The notes under the pieces are model-generated. The model was not told the DNA's origin, searched no databases, and worked only from the letters and a program-made list of their open reading frames with translations. A DNA stretch of 35,764 nucleotides from the NCBI GenBank assembly GCA_910592345.1, contig CAJVPI010000314.1, forward strand, positions 1-35,764, given 5' to 3'. Source of the DNA: Paraglomus brasilianum. Its lineage: Eukaryota. The translations under genes were made by a program, and so were the position numbers. Positions 1 through 10,808 of this stretch are shown piece after piece; the first letter of the stretch is position 1, and each line of letters opens with the position of its first letter.

Positions 1-110
1 AAATGAGGACGATCATGCTGCTCAACTTCGCAAGAATCGACATTTGAAACAAACTCAAGATATAACGCACAATTATTAATTATTAGTTACACGATTTCCT
101 ACTTGTGTAA

Positions 111-188
111 CAGTTTTATATACCGGTCTCTCGTTATAACGGCCAGAAACTGCCAAAACACTCGTGCCGGTATAGAAAGAGTTGACTG
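111..188. mobile_element. Very short, degenerate Tc1/pogo-type MITE
   Basis: Right end ccggtatagaaagagttgactg followed by TA (reverse complement CAGTCAACTC...). Left end cagttttatataccgg is a deleted inverted counterpart. The terminus type matches the element at 19599-19795. Confidence 0.35.
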
Positions 189-299
189 TACATTCTAAGA
201 ACCCAGACCAAACTATTCTATTTGTTGGCGTTCAAGTGCAAATCCTAAATCCAGGCATTTAAAAAGCTCAGACCCACAACAACTTGCACCGGTTCAAAA

Positions 300-704
300 A
301 TGAAGCTCAGGACGCGTTCAATATATATATTATTGATATTACCCATAATACTTCCAAGCTCTGTACTATCTAAGGGAGGCGGAGGTGGCAATAGTAGTAG
401 TGGAGGCAGAGGATCTTCTGGAGGCTATTATGGGACCGGCAATAATTCTAGATGGGTTTTTTGGTATTATGGTCCGTACGGAAATCGAACATGTGGTAAT
501 CTTTGCATCATCACAACAAAGTCGCCAATTAATACACTCCATTCTAAATTATGTCTAACCTCGACAATCGAATCCACAACTAACTGCTTCACAACACCAA
601 CAACATCAGATAGTAACAATATAGGAATGCTGATCTTCAATTTGATCGTTGGAATATGTACCGTATGGCAATCAATAATCAGTACCTACAAGTTCTTCAG
701 ATGA
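300..704 (+). CDS. Small putative secreted/GPI- or tail-anchored Gly/Ser-rich protein
   Basis: 134-aa ORF with a signal-peptide-like N-terminus (IYILLILPIILPSSVLS), KGGGGGNSSSGGRGSSGG, a Thr-rich stretch and a hydrophobic C-terminus (IGMLIFNLIVGICTVW). An internal intron cannot be excluded. Confidence 0.6.
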   Translation: MKLRTRSIYILLILPIILPSSVLSKGGGGGNSSSGGRGSSGGYYGTGNNSRWVFWYYGPYGNRTCGNLCIITTKSPINTLHSKLCLTSTIESTTNCFTTPTTSDSNNIGMLIFNLIVGICTVWQSIISTYKFFR

Positions 705-1015
705 ATCTAACTTTGCAGTTTGTCGGCAATATTAAAGTGCCGGTTCCAGGATAGCGATTCATCTTTGGAATCTGAAAGATTTACCGTGCATAAACTTCGG
801 CTACCTTATAGCAAAAGTATCCGGACACCTTCAATTTTTTTTTCGATTCTCCAACTTCAGGATTTAATTATGACATGTAAATTTCTGCGTAACTCCGATG
901 GTATCACAAAGAATTTTCGATATTAGTAATAGTACAGCAGTAACACAACCGCGCGTGGACATTTACAGCGCTGAAATATCATGTTAGACGTCGCTAAATT
1001 ATATTGTAAACATTT

Positions 1016-2389
1016 CTAATAAATGAATAGTTCTTCATACTCTGAAATACGTGTACACAATGCATCTGTGTTATTTGGTTCAATCTCCAATGCTCTGCTA
1101 AGACTAATCAATGCATTGTCATATTGTTTTAGATTCCCATAGACAACTCCCCTATTATTCAATGCATGTGTGTTATTTGGTTCAATCTCCAATGTTCTGT
1201 TAAGATCATTCAATTTATCACAATACATCAGCTGCTCATAAACTTGTTCACAAAATGGCCGCTTACTAGGGTCTTCATTCCAACATTCTGAGTACAGATT
1301 AACATATTCTTCAGGTGTTCCAGAGAATGGTGGATCACGAAAACCCTCAAGCCTATACACAATAATATGAACAATTTCAGTGCGCCCTTCACATGGCATT
1401 TGTCCACTAGATAGTTCCCATAGTATTACTCCAAGGCTAAAAATATCCGCTTTTTTTCCATGTTCATACGAATTATTCTTCAAAGATAAAGATATCGGAT
1501 CCTTATATGCTGGAGCGCCATACCCACGCGATTTGGACATTACTTGTTTCAGTACACTTGATAGACCGAAATCAGTTATTTTTGCAACTCCTGATTTGAT
1601 TAGAATATTACTGGAAGACTAGTAAAAGCAAAATTATTGTAATCAGTTTTGATAATTAATAATGCAAGCTCATACGATACAACAACATGTGCGATAAATA
1701 CCAAATCCTTGTGAATGATATCCAGGTCATGCAAATATTTCAATCCATTGGTAATTTCCAAGCCCAACTTGTATTTATCTTTCCAAGTTAAATCTTTGAA
1801 GTGCTTCTCTAAGTGTTTACGCAAACTTCCACCGTCAGCCAGTTCGAAGATCATATGATAATTAGCGTATTTGTCTGTTATACGGAAAGTAGACAATAAT
1901 GAAAAATTGTCTTTGTATGAAGTCAATCAACTATTCACTTATGAACAAACCTTCATATAGGCCTAGAAAATGAATAATGTTAGGGTGGTTGTTCGCTTCC
2001 TTGTGATGCTTTAGCTAGCGGATGACATTTGTTCCAATCATTAGTCTAGGCGCAAATATGTATGTAACAGAACAGAAATAATGGACAACCTCTTTGACAA
2101 AATGTCGGTGAAAATCTTCTTCACAATCCCCATATTCATATGACCGTAGCATTTTCACCGCAACAGTCATGCTAGAGAAACCATTGTGCCACTCGCCTAG
2201 CATCGTCTTGACAATAATTTCGAAACTGCTGCCCGGCCTCACCGTTGCCTTATACACCACTCCAAATGCTCCAAAACCGATATGTTTCAAGTCTAATGTT
2301 ATATCATTTTCTGGGCAGCAATAGATGGAACCATCTTGAATGCTTTCGCGTAGCCATTCTCTGTACGAATTATCAGATATTTGAGACAT
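1016..2389 (-). CDS. Tyrosine-kinase-like (TKL) protein kinase with C-terminal TPR repeats, non-RD
   Basis: Exons ~2389-2090, 2014-1951, 1874-1702, 1618-1016 with GT..AG introns. Motifs GFGAFGVVYKA, VAVK, HPNIIHFLG, HKDL|SSSNIL, DFGLS, DIFSLGVILWE, CWNEDPSKRP, then TPR units LEIEPNNTHALNNRG / LEIEPNNTDAL. The 3' end is uncertain. Confidence 0.85.
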
Positions 2390-2821
2390 TGTCAAAGAAA
2401 GAACGGCAGCTCCGAGAAGATGTAGCACAGCAATATTGTGTGTAACTTTAAACTACATTCTCAGTGTATACGGGTCAATTTATTTGGATGTTGACATTAA
2501 AGTCTATTAGATATCGTAGTATGATTAACATGTATAAGTTGACCATCTTTAATACTTTTAACGTTATGATAAGTCTATGCCTGGCTCTTCGCTGACTATT
2601 TTATTGACAGATCAACTTTCGTGACATACAGGTGCGGTTTATTTGACAGGAATAACAGTTATCTTTTACATTTGTATCATTTGGTTTGTTTTCTGCTTGT
2701 ACTGTAGCCTTAAAATATTAATATTAATATTATTTTCGCGTATTTTAAATACTATCTAGTTTAATATTAATTCAAAAATCGTAATTAGTATCATTAGCAT
2801 GTATACCAAAATCAATACATG

Positions 2822-3096
2822 AAGATCATCGAAAAAATTAACGATTCTCATCGCATACTAAACTTTTATTTTTACTACGTAAATTACAAACGATGCTCTA
2901 AGTAGAGTTATTGACAATATTCACGCGCATGTATTCTACATATTTAATGAAGAAAGGTTTAATTAATATTAAGCGAAATAAATTTGTACTAACAATTTTC
3001 GAACTTTGGTTGTCGAACTTCGATTATAAAGTAACTTATATGATTAAGTAAAAACGTTTGAAAAGTTTTAAAATACGTAAATATAAATTTTTACAG
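2822..3096. repeat. Left arm of ~280-bp degenerate inverted repeat (partner 5433-5721)
   Basis: Blocks gatcatcgaaaaaattaa, aaattacaaacgatgctctaagta, aaatttgtactaacaattttc, actttggttgtcgaacttcgattataa and taaatataaatttttacag recur reverse-complemented at 5433-5721. Confidence 0.85.
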
Positions 3097-4863
3097 CGTA
3101 AGATTAAAAATTGGTCGAATAATGATCCAAAACGTAAAAATAGTATCATATAATTAGATACGTCTCCCAGAACGCCAATCTTTTATCCCATAGTCAACGT
3201 AAAAACGTACCTGAATGAGTGCATACAGCTTTCTGAATTGCCCCTCTTTCTAAGCCAACGCATTATTTCAAATAGCGATATCTTATCAAGTGTCCTATTA
3301 CAAGTCACTCGTGGTAGCGTAAATTTAACATATTCAGTTTCGGAAAACCAGAACGTGTGAAGTAAAGAATGATTTTGGTTTATTATTATATTATTATTAT
3401 TATTATTTTGTTTTTGAGTAACAAATAAATAATAAATCTACAAGTCAATTTATTTGACCATTAGGGACGGTTGGATTTCATTTATCGATAGTTCAAGAGT
3501 TAAAATTTCAGACTTCAAGTCATCAGTCAATGGATGAACTATGAACATGGACAGCCTGAATATTTATTTATAATTTTTTCTAACTACCGCGTAATTAAAT
3601 GTTTCGGACTTAGATTTCAGTAGAGCTGCGAAATAACCATCATCCTGAACTACTCTATCTCAGTACTGCAGAAATCACTTGATAAAATCGCTGTCCCCTC
3701 CCCTCTTTAATAGCGTTGAGCCGTTCTTGAAAGATTTCAAACTGTGCCAGCAGTTTGCTCTTCGGCTCTTCGCTCCCAGCTCTAGACTACACTCTAAGTC
3801 CTACTACTCTATTTAAGTAATATAAGTTCCACTAGTTATAAAATATGTTAATTAATAGAATGGCTAACAAATATTAAAAACTATGTCTATGTTACTACTT
3901 TAACCACCCTTAAAATATTGCTTCCTTTCTTCACGGTTGAGCCGCTTTCCTCTACTACCGCACTTTTTTCAGCTTTATGATTTGGGGGCTTCTAATATCA
4001 GGTCCCTGAAGGTTAGGTTCGGTCTGGATTGTTGCCGACTCTTTTCAGTAAGAAGGGTTGTGGTAACAGGTCAGTAGTTGATCGGAATACATAGTATATC
4101 GTTTGGTTGGCGTTGGCAAATACGTTGAGTAGACTTAGCGCGACGATTAGAATGTTGACGAAGTAATAAAGCATCACAATTTTGTTATACAGTCAAAAGC
4201 AATCCTAGTATAGAGCGAGTTGTTAAAGTAGCGGGAAGAGCGAGATCATGTGTCGGGAAACTTGATATCGAGAAAGTGACTCGCATGTAACTTCTAAGTG
4301 TATAATAGATATTATAATAGTTAGTTTAGCTATTCGTAATGTCGATTATTTATTTTACTGAAGACGAAAAGACACCTTTTGTTGAAAAGACGTTGATATG
4401 TGAATAAATTAATAAACGTACGATAACAACTTTCGTTATCACTATTCAGTGCGATATACGTTAATAATAGAGAAGCAGACTTGTGTGCGTTGTGTAGTAC
4501 GTCAGTGTGTGGAAGGCCGGAATACTCGCTCTTGTGCGAACTCTTTCGTCGGTTATGTGGTCGATAAACCATGTTTTATTGATGTTAAGAGTTCGTTATT
4601 TGAGGACTTGTTCGTGAGTTGTGGCAAACTGTCGTATGTGCGTAATATGGAGTAGTAGCAGTAAAGGGCGTTGTTTGTTGTATATTAACTTTTTGATAAC
4701 GTTGTATTTGCGCTTTGGAGGAGGAGAAGTTGTTGTGAAGCAATACATGCGCTATGGAGAGGAGCGTCAGGGTATATATATATGCATTAGTAGACGTGTG
4801 TTCGCATGTTAAATGACACTTGATATTGTTGTCGTGCGCAATCTTATAAGTATAAATATTGTC

Positions 4864-5427
4864 GTGTGAGAGTCATGCCACAACGATCACTGTCAACCAA
4901 TAGTAAAGCATAACGGGGTGTCGATATATTGCCTAGTGTAACACATCATTACATCATGTGCTCCGGAATATTACACTGATACTATTGTTCTTATTTACGG
5001 AAACAATCGTGACAGTCGCTGTAAATAATTTCCACTGGTTAACAAATCTGACAAGTCACGCGTATAAATTTAATTAAACTGATTCCTATGATAGTGATAA
5101 TAACAAAAGCGCGTGGTTTGGCGTCTGGGTATGTTCAACCAATCAATCGACTCTCGATTGATTTGGGGGGTGGATAGATTTTTAAATGCCGGTCGAGATT
5201 CGAGTTTTGGGTGATATATTGTACGTATGAGCAGACGCGTGTTCGTACTACTTATATTATTAATTGCTGTCGTACTGTCCTGTATAAATACTGTTACCTA
5301 TATACAGTAAGGAGTGTGAGAGTCTGCGACTGTCAACCAATAGTAAACATAAACGGGTATCGATATATTGCCTAGTGTAACATATATCGACTGTCACGAT
5401 TGTTTCCGTAAGTAAGAATAGTATCAG
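4864..5427. repeat. Nested direct and inverted repeats
   Basis: Direct repeat at 4864-4943 and 5314-5382 (gtgtgagagtc...actgtcaaccaatagtaaa...cgatatattgcctagtgtaaca). Inverted repeat at 4976-5018 and 5388-5427 (ttacggaaacaatcgtgacagtcg / cgactgtcacgattgtttccgtaa). Confidence 0.8.
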
Positions 5428-5432
5428 CCTCA

Positions 5433-5721
5433 CTGTAAAAATTTATATTTACTATTTTAAGACTTTTCAAACGTTTTTACTTAATTAAATAAGATACTAA
5501 TACGTTAAAACGAAATTTTTTAAAGTTGTCTTATAATCGAAGTTCGACAACCAAAGTTTGAAAATTGTTAGTACAAATTTACGTGATCATATTTCATGAA
5601 AATGAGAATACATGCACGTTAATATTGTTAACAACTTTACTTAGAGCATCGTTTGTAATTTACTTGGTAAAAATAAAAGTTTAGTATACGATAAATATAT
5701 CATTAATTTTTTCGATGATCT
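5433..5721. repeat. Right arm of ~280-bp degenerate inverted repeat (partner 2822-3096)
   Basis: ctgtaaaaatttatatttac...ttataatcgaagttcgacaaccaaagtt...ttagagcatcgtttgtaattt...ttaattttttcgatgatc is the reverse complement of the left arm, with indels. Confidence 0.85.
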
Positions 5722-5988
5722 GCAAGTGTCCACTCATTTATGTCCAGGCGCTTGCTTCGTTTTGCGCGTATCCAATTTGGAAATAATAAGCAGGAATATA
5801 ACAACCGTGAATCCACACTTAGACATTTAAAGTGCCGTAATACAACTGATAAACAAATCGAAAACAAAAATGAAGTAAGAACAAGGATTTCATATTTTAA
5901 CACGGGACACGTTAATTTAGAAAATTTAATTAATAGATTGTTATTAAGCTGAAAAATATTCGGTTGACATTAACATACGACAATGCTA

Positions 5989-6078
5989 TTGTCAGTTTTA
6001 TGAGATTCGAAGTGAATTGTTCATTGACCGAAATTTGATCACCTATCGTCTAACCGCGACACGTAATAAATATTAAAT
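5989..6078. repeat. ~90-bp direct repeat, copy 1 (copy 2 at 10710-10808)
   Basis: ttgtcagttttatgagattcgaagtgaatt.ttcattgaccgaaatttgatc.cctatcgtctaa...acgtaataaatattaaat is present at both positions. Confidence 0.9.
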
Positions 6079-6098
6079 ATTATCAAATTATCCATGAC

Positions 6099-6397
6099 CT
6101 TACTAATCTTAGGAAAGTGTTGTATCATTCCTTGTGCTGAAGAGCAAAGTTTATCTATTCCTTGCATATTTTTTTTATGAGTACCATTTCCTTTCTGGAC
6201 GTATCAAGTGTCTCTAAACCCTGTCTGGTATTATCTAACTGTGTCTTAACCCCTGTCTTCAATTGCGCATTGGTTGTTGCTTTCTCTTTGGCAAACCTTT
6301 TACGTAACAAGCTAACCTTCACCAGATCGTCTGGTGATCGCAGCAGTTTTGTCATATGTGCTATAGTTGCGTCCACAGCATCACTTGATGCTTTCAT
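6099..6397 (-). pseudogene. SEC6: Exocyst subunit Sec6 N-terminal fragment (first exon only, frameshifted)
   Basis: MKASSDAVDATIAHMTKLLRSPDDLVKVSLLRKRFAKEKATTNAQLKTGVKTQLD resembles the fungal Sec6 N-terminus. Adding one base to the T8 run (6169-6176) continues into KNMQGIDKLCSSAQGMIQHFPKISK up to a GT donor at 6098. No further Sec6 exons were recognised. Confidence 0.7.
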
Positions 6398-6465
6398 GAT
6401 TGAGTAAGCTGCTAGTAATAAAGGTAAGTTTTTGATTTGCTTTATCTACAGAGCGAATGCATGAC

Positions 6466-6619
6466 GGGGTCCGGTTCATTTCATCGACAATCATTCGTTT
6501 CACCGACATAAATTTCATCGAAAACCAATGATAAGTGCGATAAACAATGTGTCACGTAAAATGACTGTCGGTGAAGTGTACTGTCGATGAAATGAGTGTC
6601 GATGAAATAAATGCCTCCC
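6466..6619. mobile_element. 154-bp MITE with GG termini and 8-bp TSD (Merlin-like)
   Basis: Begins GGGG and ends CCC. Three tttca(t/c)cga units on the left are mirrored by three tgtcg(a/g)tgaa units on the right. Flanks tgcatgac (6458-6465) and tgcataac (6620-6627) match at 7/8. Confidence 0.75.
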
Positions 6620-7894
6620 TGCATAACGTCATCAGTGCATTGTGTCACTTTCAGTTAGCATTTGTTGACGTTATCTTCCCTCCCAGAATGACTTTAATAA
6701 ATTGTTGAGTTTCTTGATATTAATATCATCATTCAATTTAGCGCTAAAGTTTGGTCTTTTTTGTCGCTCCAGTTATGCATCTTATTCAAATGTTTAAGGT
6801 CGAAAATCCAACTGATTTATGTTTGTTTGCCCAAACCACATGAGATTGAGGTATTTTTTAAAAAAAATTTTTTTTTGACCTTTGTTGCCAATGTATTGGG
6901 GCTTTTTTACCTATACCAGTCTTTGCTAAAATTTAAATTTAAAAGTAAAAAAAAAAAAAAAATAGGAAAGGAAAAAGTAAAAGTTGAAGCGTGTCCGCTA
7001 ATTGAGTATATCCCGTAACCCGAAACAAGCGCGCCATTCGAAAAATCCGGCCTTTTATTTGTCCGCAAATGGTCATAATAATGACGAAAACTCTGATTGT
7101 GGAAACTTAAACAAATTTAAATTTGGTTGAACCTTGTAGACAAAATACCCGAGGCAGTGTGAAATTTTAATGTTTTCTCCAGAGTTTTAATTTTCTTAGC
7201 CAAGAACGAAATCTTTCCCCCCAAAACTAGTTGACATTACTGCCAAAGGCGGCAGAATAAATTAATCATATGGAGACATTAGAAAGACGTGTTGGAAAAT
7301 TGTAGAACATTAGACATATTAAAATAGCCACAGGTTCCATATACGTGCTATAATATAATTGCGGTCGTGTTTGTATTACTAGACATTGTAGTAATGAAAA
7401 CGAGGATTCTAGACAATATTAAAGAATACTGTAAACTCTCCAATTTTTACATTTCCTATTCAACAAGCTGACTTGATAATGTCAGTATTAAATGCAGGTT
7501 GGAGAAGCGGAGCAGCTTCGACAAAGGATTAAAGTCCTACCATGAATAAGGGCCTGTAATGTTACAAAATAACTAACCCCTTAATCCCCTCATTGTCTAC
7601 CGACTATATTGTAATAAACGAAGACAACACAGACCCCTCATATGATGAAGGTAGTCCTTATTCAAGAGAGCTACAGTATTATAATTGGTATACAATTTTT
7701 TATATATGTAACAAAAATGATAATTCTTTGTTTGCTCATTGCTCGAGAACGAGTATATAAATGTACAAACAGAAAATTGTATGTTAAAGCTTGAAAGTGG
7801 CTGTCTTTATTCTAAACATTAATAATTAATTGATCCAACTCCTTTATTTTGAATAACTTGCTCACATCTGCTTCTCATGGAGTTTGAGAAATTA

Positions 7895-8238
7895 AGTAGG
7901 AGATCGGAGTAGCTAAGAGAAGACTATTTTCTTAATTTAACTTGGCCGAATGTCGTGATATTGGTCATACGTAATGCATCTGTGTCATTGCCAGTAACTT
8001 ACTTGCCAATGTTTGAGTAGACAGCATTGGATTACGATGCATATATTGCCCGAATTGTTTCGAGGACGTCCACTTTCCTTTTTCTGTTATTATTACCTCT
8101 TGTATTTAATTTTCACATTTCTGTAAATAATGGCGATGGGAATGTTAGTTAATTTCTGTATTTCGTTCGCGTTGGTTATACCCTGTGTCCAAAATGTAAT
8201 ATGACTTGGCGTTGTCTTTCTTGAATCGAGGATGGCAT
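7895..8238 (-). pseudogene. Tc1/mariner transposase N-terminal relic
   Basis: Frameshifted reading MPSSIQERQRQVILHF/WTQGITNANEIQKLTNIPIAIIYRNVK...SGRPR...GQYMHRNPMLSTQTLASKL...TISRH...SLLLATP, i.e. HTH plus the GRPR linker typical of Tc1. Multiple stops and shifts. Confidence 0.7.
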
Positions 8239-8409
8239 TTCTTTTCCGGGAATAATACAAGATAAAGTTAGTTAACAATCTGTTTACAAATGGCTTAGGA
8301 GATACTATTTATTTTATAAAAACGCGTCGTAAATTGTTTATAAAACTTAGCATTTACACGCATTTTATAATTTGTAAAAAATTATCATTTTTTTAACACA
8401 TTTATTTCT

Positions 8410-8720
8410 TAAAATCTGGCCCAACTTGAAAATGCATTCCAAACAATTAAGAAAAAACGAACTGCGGATCAAGCGTTTGAGAACGACTATTTGACTATCT
8501 ATGGTATTGTGACCACGGGTACAGAATGGCATTTTATCATATATACTCCTACTCTACGAGTGGAAGCGAACACCAAATTAATCTGCCGTTAAAAAAATAC
8601 TGATTTACTTCGAAGCAACGTGAAAAGGGTAATAGGTATTATTGTTAGGTTGTTGAAGGATCGGGTTAGTGTTGATAGTTCCCCGCTAGTAAGAGGGTTA
8701 GGATCAAAAAAATATCTTAT
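8410..8720 (+). pseudogene. C-terminal fragment of a Glomeromycotina-expanded Crinkler-like/PD-(D/E)XK-type protein
   Basis: NLAQLENAFQTIKKKRTADQAFENDYLTIYGIVTTGTEWHFIIYTP, then after frameshifts VKRVIGIIVRLLKDRVSVDSSP. The YGIVTT..W.F motif is typical of this family. No start; preceded by a stop. Confidence 0.6.
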
Positions 8721-9012
8721 ATCACGGGCACAGTCCCTTGTATTTATTTTTTTTGCGTGTATTAATAAAAAAAAAACCATATACGGTATTGGTCTTGTAT
8801 TTTTTTAACTTGTTTATGTGAATTTATTATAGACTTATAAGTGCACTTGTTTTAATAATTTTCTAAAACTTCTAAAAAATTTTTATTAAATATGCGATTT
8901 GGGAAACATATAAGCAAAAGCAGATTTAGGTAAATATGGTGAATATCTAGAAGATTTGATATTATCGCTAAAAATGCCAAAAAAAAAGTTAGTAAATACT
9001 GATAATAATATA

Positions 9013-10002
9013 TCAGAGAAGCGTGAAAGCAATACACACCAGATAATACAAAGCATTTTGCTGAACCTCCCACAGGTCTATGACGAAATTATTTGGTACA
9101 CCAACGGGAACACCTCCGGGGAAAAGCAAGTTCGCGGGGATAGTTATTTGGTAGTTTTGCATACCGGCTCGTGTACAAGGAATATCATTACTTTGTACGA
9201 ATCCAGTCAACCTATCATTTCGTATACCAGTATTTTTAATAAACGCTGCTCGTTGATAATTAATTGGTGCCGTTCCAAATGATATTGCAATATTTGGTAT
9301 CGTGTTCGCCATTACTATCATGGGTGATATATTTGGTGGCGGGTTTGGAACATTTGCTGCCTGATTTGGAACCTGGTTGTTACGTAAGTAGAGAATCGCA
9401 AGCATTGCTGCGGTTGAGTCCTGCCGACGAGGAAATATCTTTATCGCCAAATATATTTGAGTTGAAGCTGAAAAATAATCTGGTGCCAGATCGTTCAAGC
9501 TACTGAGGGTCTCGGATTTTGCCACTTCTATAATGATTGTTGGTTGTGCTTCGTATCCGGGTGCAGGTGGCGGGATTTGTCTTGGCTCAGCTACAACATC
9601 AGCACAATACTCACTGTTATTACCAGTGGTAATGTCCTGCTCACTAATAACGTTAAGTTGGTTGCTCCAATTTTTCAACTTAAAAGCCAATTCTAGTGCT
9701 ACGAATCCGTGAGCAGAACTAGGCGCTTCGTATGCAATGACTTCTCCCTTAACTAGACGGACATAAATGTTGGACTTTTTCAGTTCCCCTTCTCCACGAA
9801 ACTTGCGATATCTTTCAAGTGACACGTCACTAAAAACTACAATTTTTCTTGACTTTTCTGTCGTTGTATTTTCTGTTATTGTACTCTCTGGCGTTGTTCT
9901 CTCTGACGGTGTACTCTCTTCTATTAAACTTTCCTCCCTATCAAGCTCGAGCAGTTTGTTTTTTGCTAATTCAAGTTTTTCTTCAATGTTGCTTACCGGC
10001 AT
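9013..10002 (-). CDS. Uma2/DUF820-like putative restriction-fold endonuclease
   Basis: 329-aa open ORF with motifs EAPSSAH, CADVVAEP, PTIIIEVAKSE and YLAIKIF matching the Uma2-like PD-(D/E)XK layout. N-terminal coiled coil and Thr/Glu-rich linker. Confidence 0.7.
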   Translation of the reverse strand: MPVSNIEEKLELAKNKLLELDREESLIEESTPSERTTPESTITENTTTEKSRKIVVFSDVSLERYRKFRGEGELKKSNIYVRLVKGEVIAYEAPSSAHGFVALELAFKLKNWSNQLNVISEQDITTGNNSEYCADVVAEPRQIPPPAPGYEAQPTIIIEVAKSETLSSLNDLAPDYFSASTQIYLAIKIFPRRQDSTAAMLAILYLRNNQVPNQAANVPNPPPNISPMIVMANTIPNIAISFGTAPINYQRAAFIKNTGIRNDRLTGFVQSNDIPCTRAGMQNYQITIPANLLFPGGVPVGVPNNFVIDLWEVQQNALYYLVCIAFTLL

Positions 10003-10330
10003 TGTGAGAAAATTTTTTTCATCAAAATGATTACTGGTGTTTTTTTATATCAATAATCACGCAGTGGCTGTGAATTGTCAAGGCTTTGTTAAGGTTAATA
10101 GTTGCTAGTCTCATAATGTGTTATTATAGTTTAGACAAGTGATAAACTGGCAGGCATTAGTATAGAAACGCCATTCATTTGTTAAAACAAGTCTTATGTT
10201 GTAGCCGAATTATGTTTTATTTTATTCTGTATCAATAAAGTCGCATTTAGTGTGACATTTTGTCACGGGTTGTTTATCTATGCTAATGAACTTTTGAATT
10301 ATTCCATCCTGTATAAAATTATTATCGAAC

Positions 10331-10759
10331 ATGCAATCCATTGATTCATTAAGAGAATTATTGCCGAGCTTAGGAAGGAGAATGCTAAGATTTTTGAACT
10401 TAAAAAGGAGAATGCTGAACTTAATATTAAGGATAAGAACTGAGATCCCTGATCTTAAAAGGAAGTTTGCTGATATTGAGTCCGAGAAAGTTGAGCATAA
10501 GGCTAGGATTGTCGAGCTTCTAAGACAAACTTTGGAAGAGAGTAAGAGACGTGATGTTGAGAATGCCGAACTCAAGGCCAGAATTGAAGAGTTGGAGAAA
10601 AACAAGACAGATTCTTCAGCCGAGAATGAGTTGAAGGCCGAAGTAGTGAAACTAAGGGGTAGCAATGAGGAGAGCAAACAGCCAACCCAAGATATTTCTC
10701 CCAAAGTAGTTGTCAGTTTTATGAGATTCGAAGTGAATTATTCATTGACCGAAATTTGA
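10331..10759 (+). pseudogene. Fragment of a repetitive coiled-coil protein family (AENAELKA-type)
   Basis: Heptads RRDVENAELKARIEELEKNK..SAENELKAEVVKLR. An alternative frame near the 5' end reads IAELRKENAKIFELKKENAEL, implying compensating frameshifts. The 3' end runs into the direct repeat at 10710. Confidence 0.55.
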
Positions 10760-10808
10760 TCGCCTATCGTCTAATATTATGAACCGCGAAACGTAATAAA
10801 TATTAAAT
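10710..10808. repeat. ~90-bp direct repeat, copy 2 (copy 1 at 5989-6078)
   Basis: Near-identical to 5989-6078 apart from a short insertion (tattatgaa). Confidence 0.9.

Noticed and set aside
4330..4812. Short overlapping ORFs inside the inverted repeat
   Set aside because: No recognisable motifs and frequent stops; at most unidentifiable decayed coding sequence.
10222..10704. 160-aa minus-strand ORF
   Set aside because: Antisense shadow of the coiled-coil ORF (Ser/Leu/Phe-rich).
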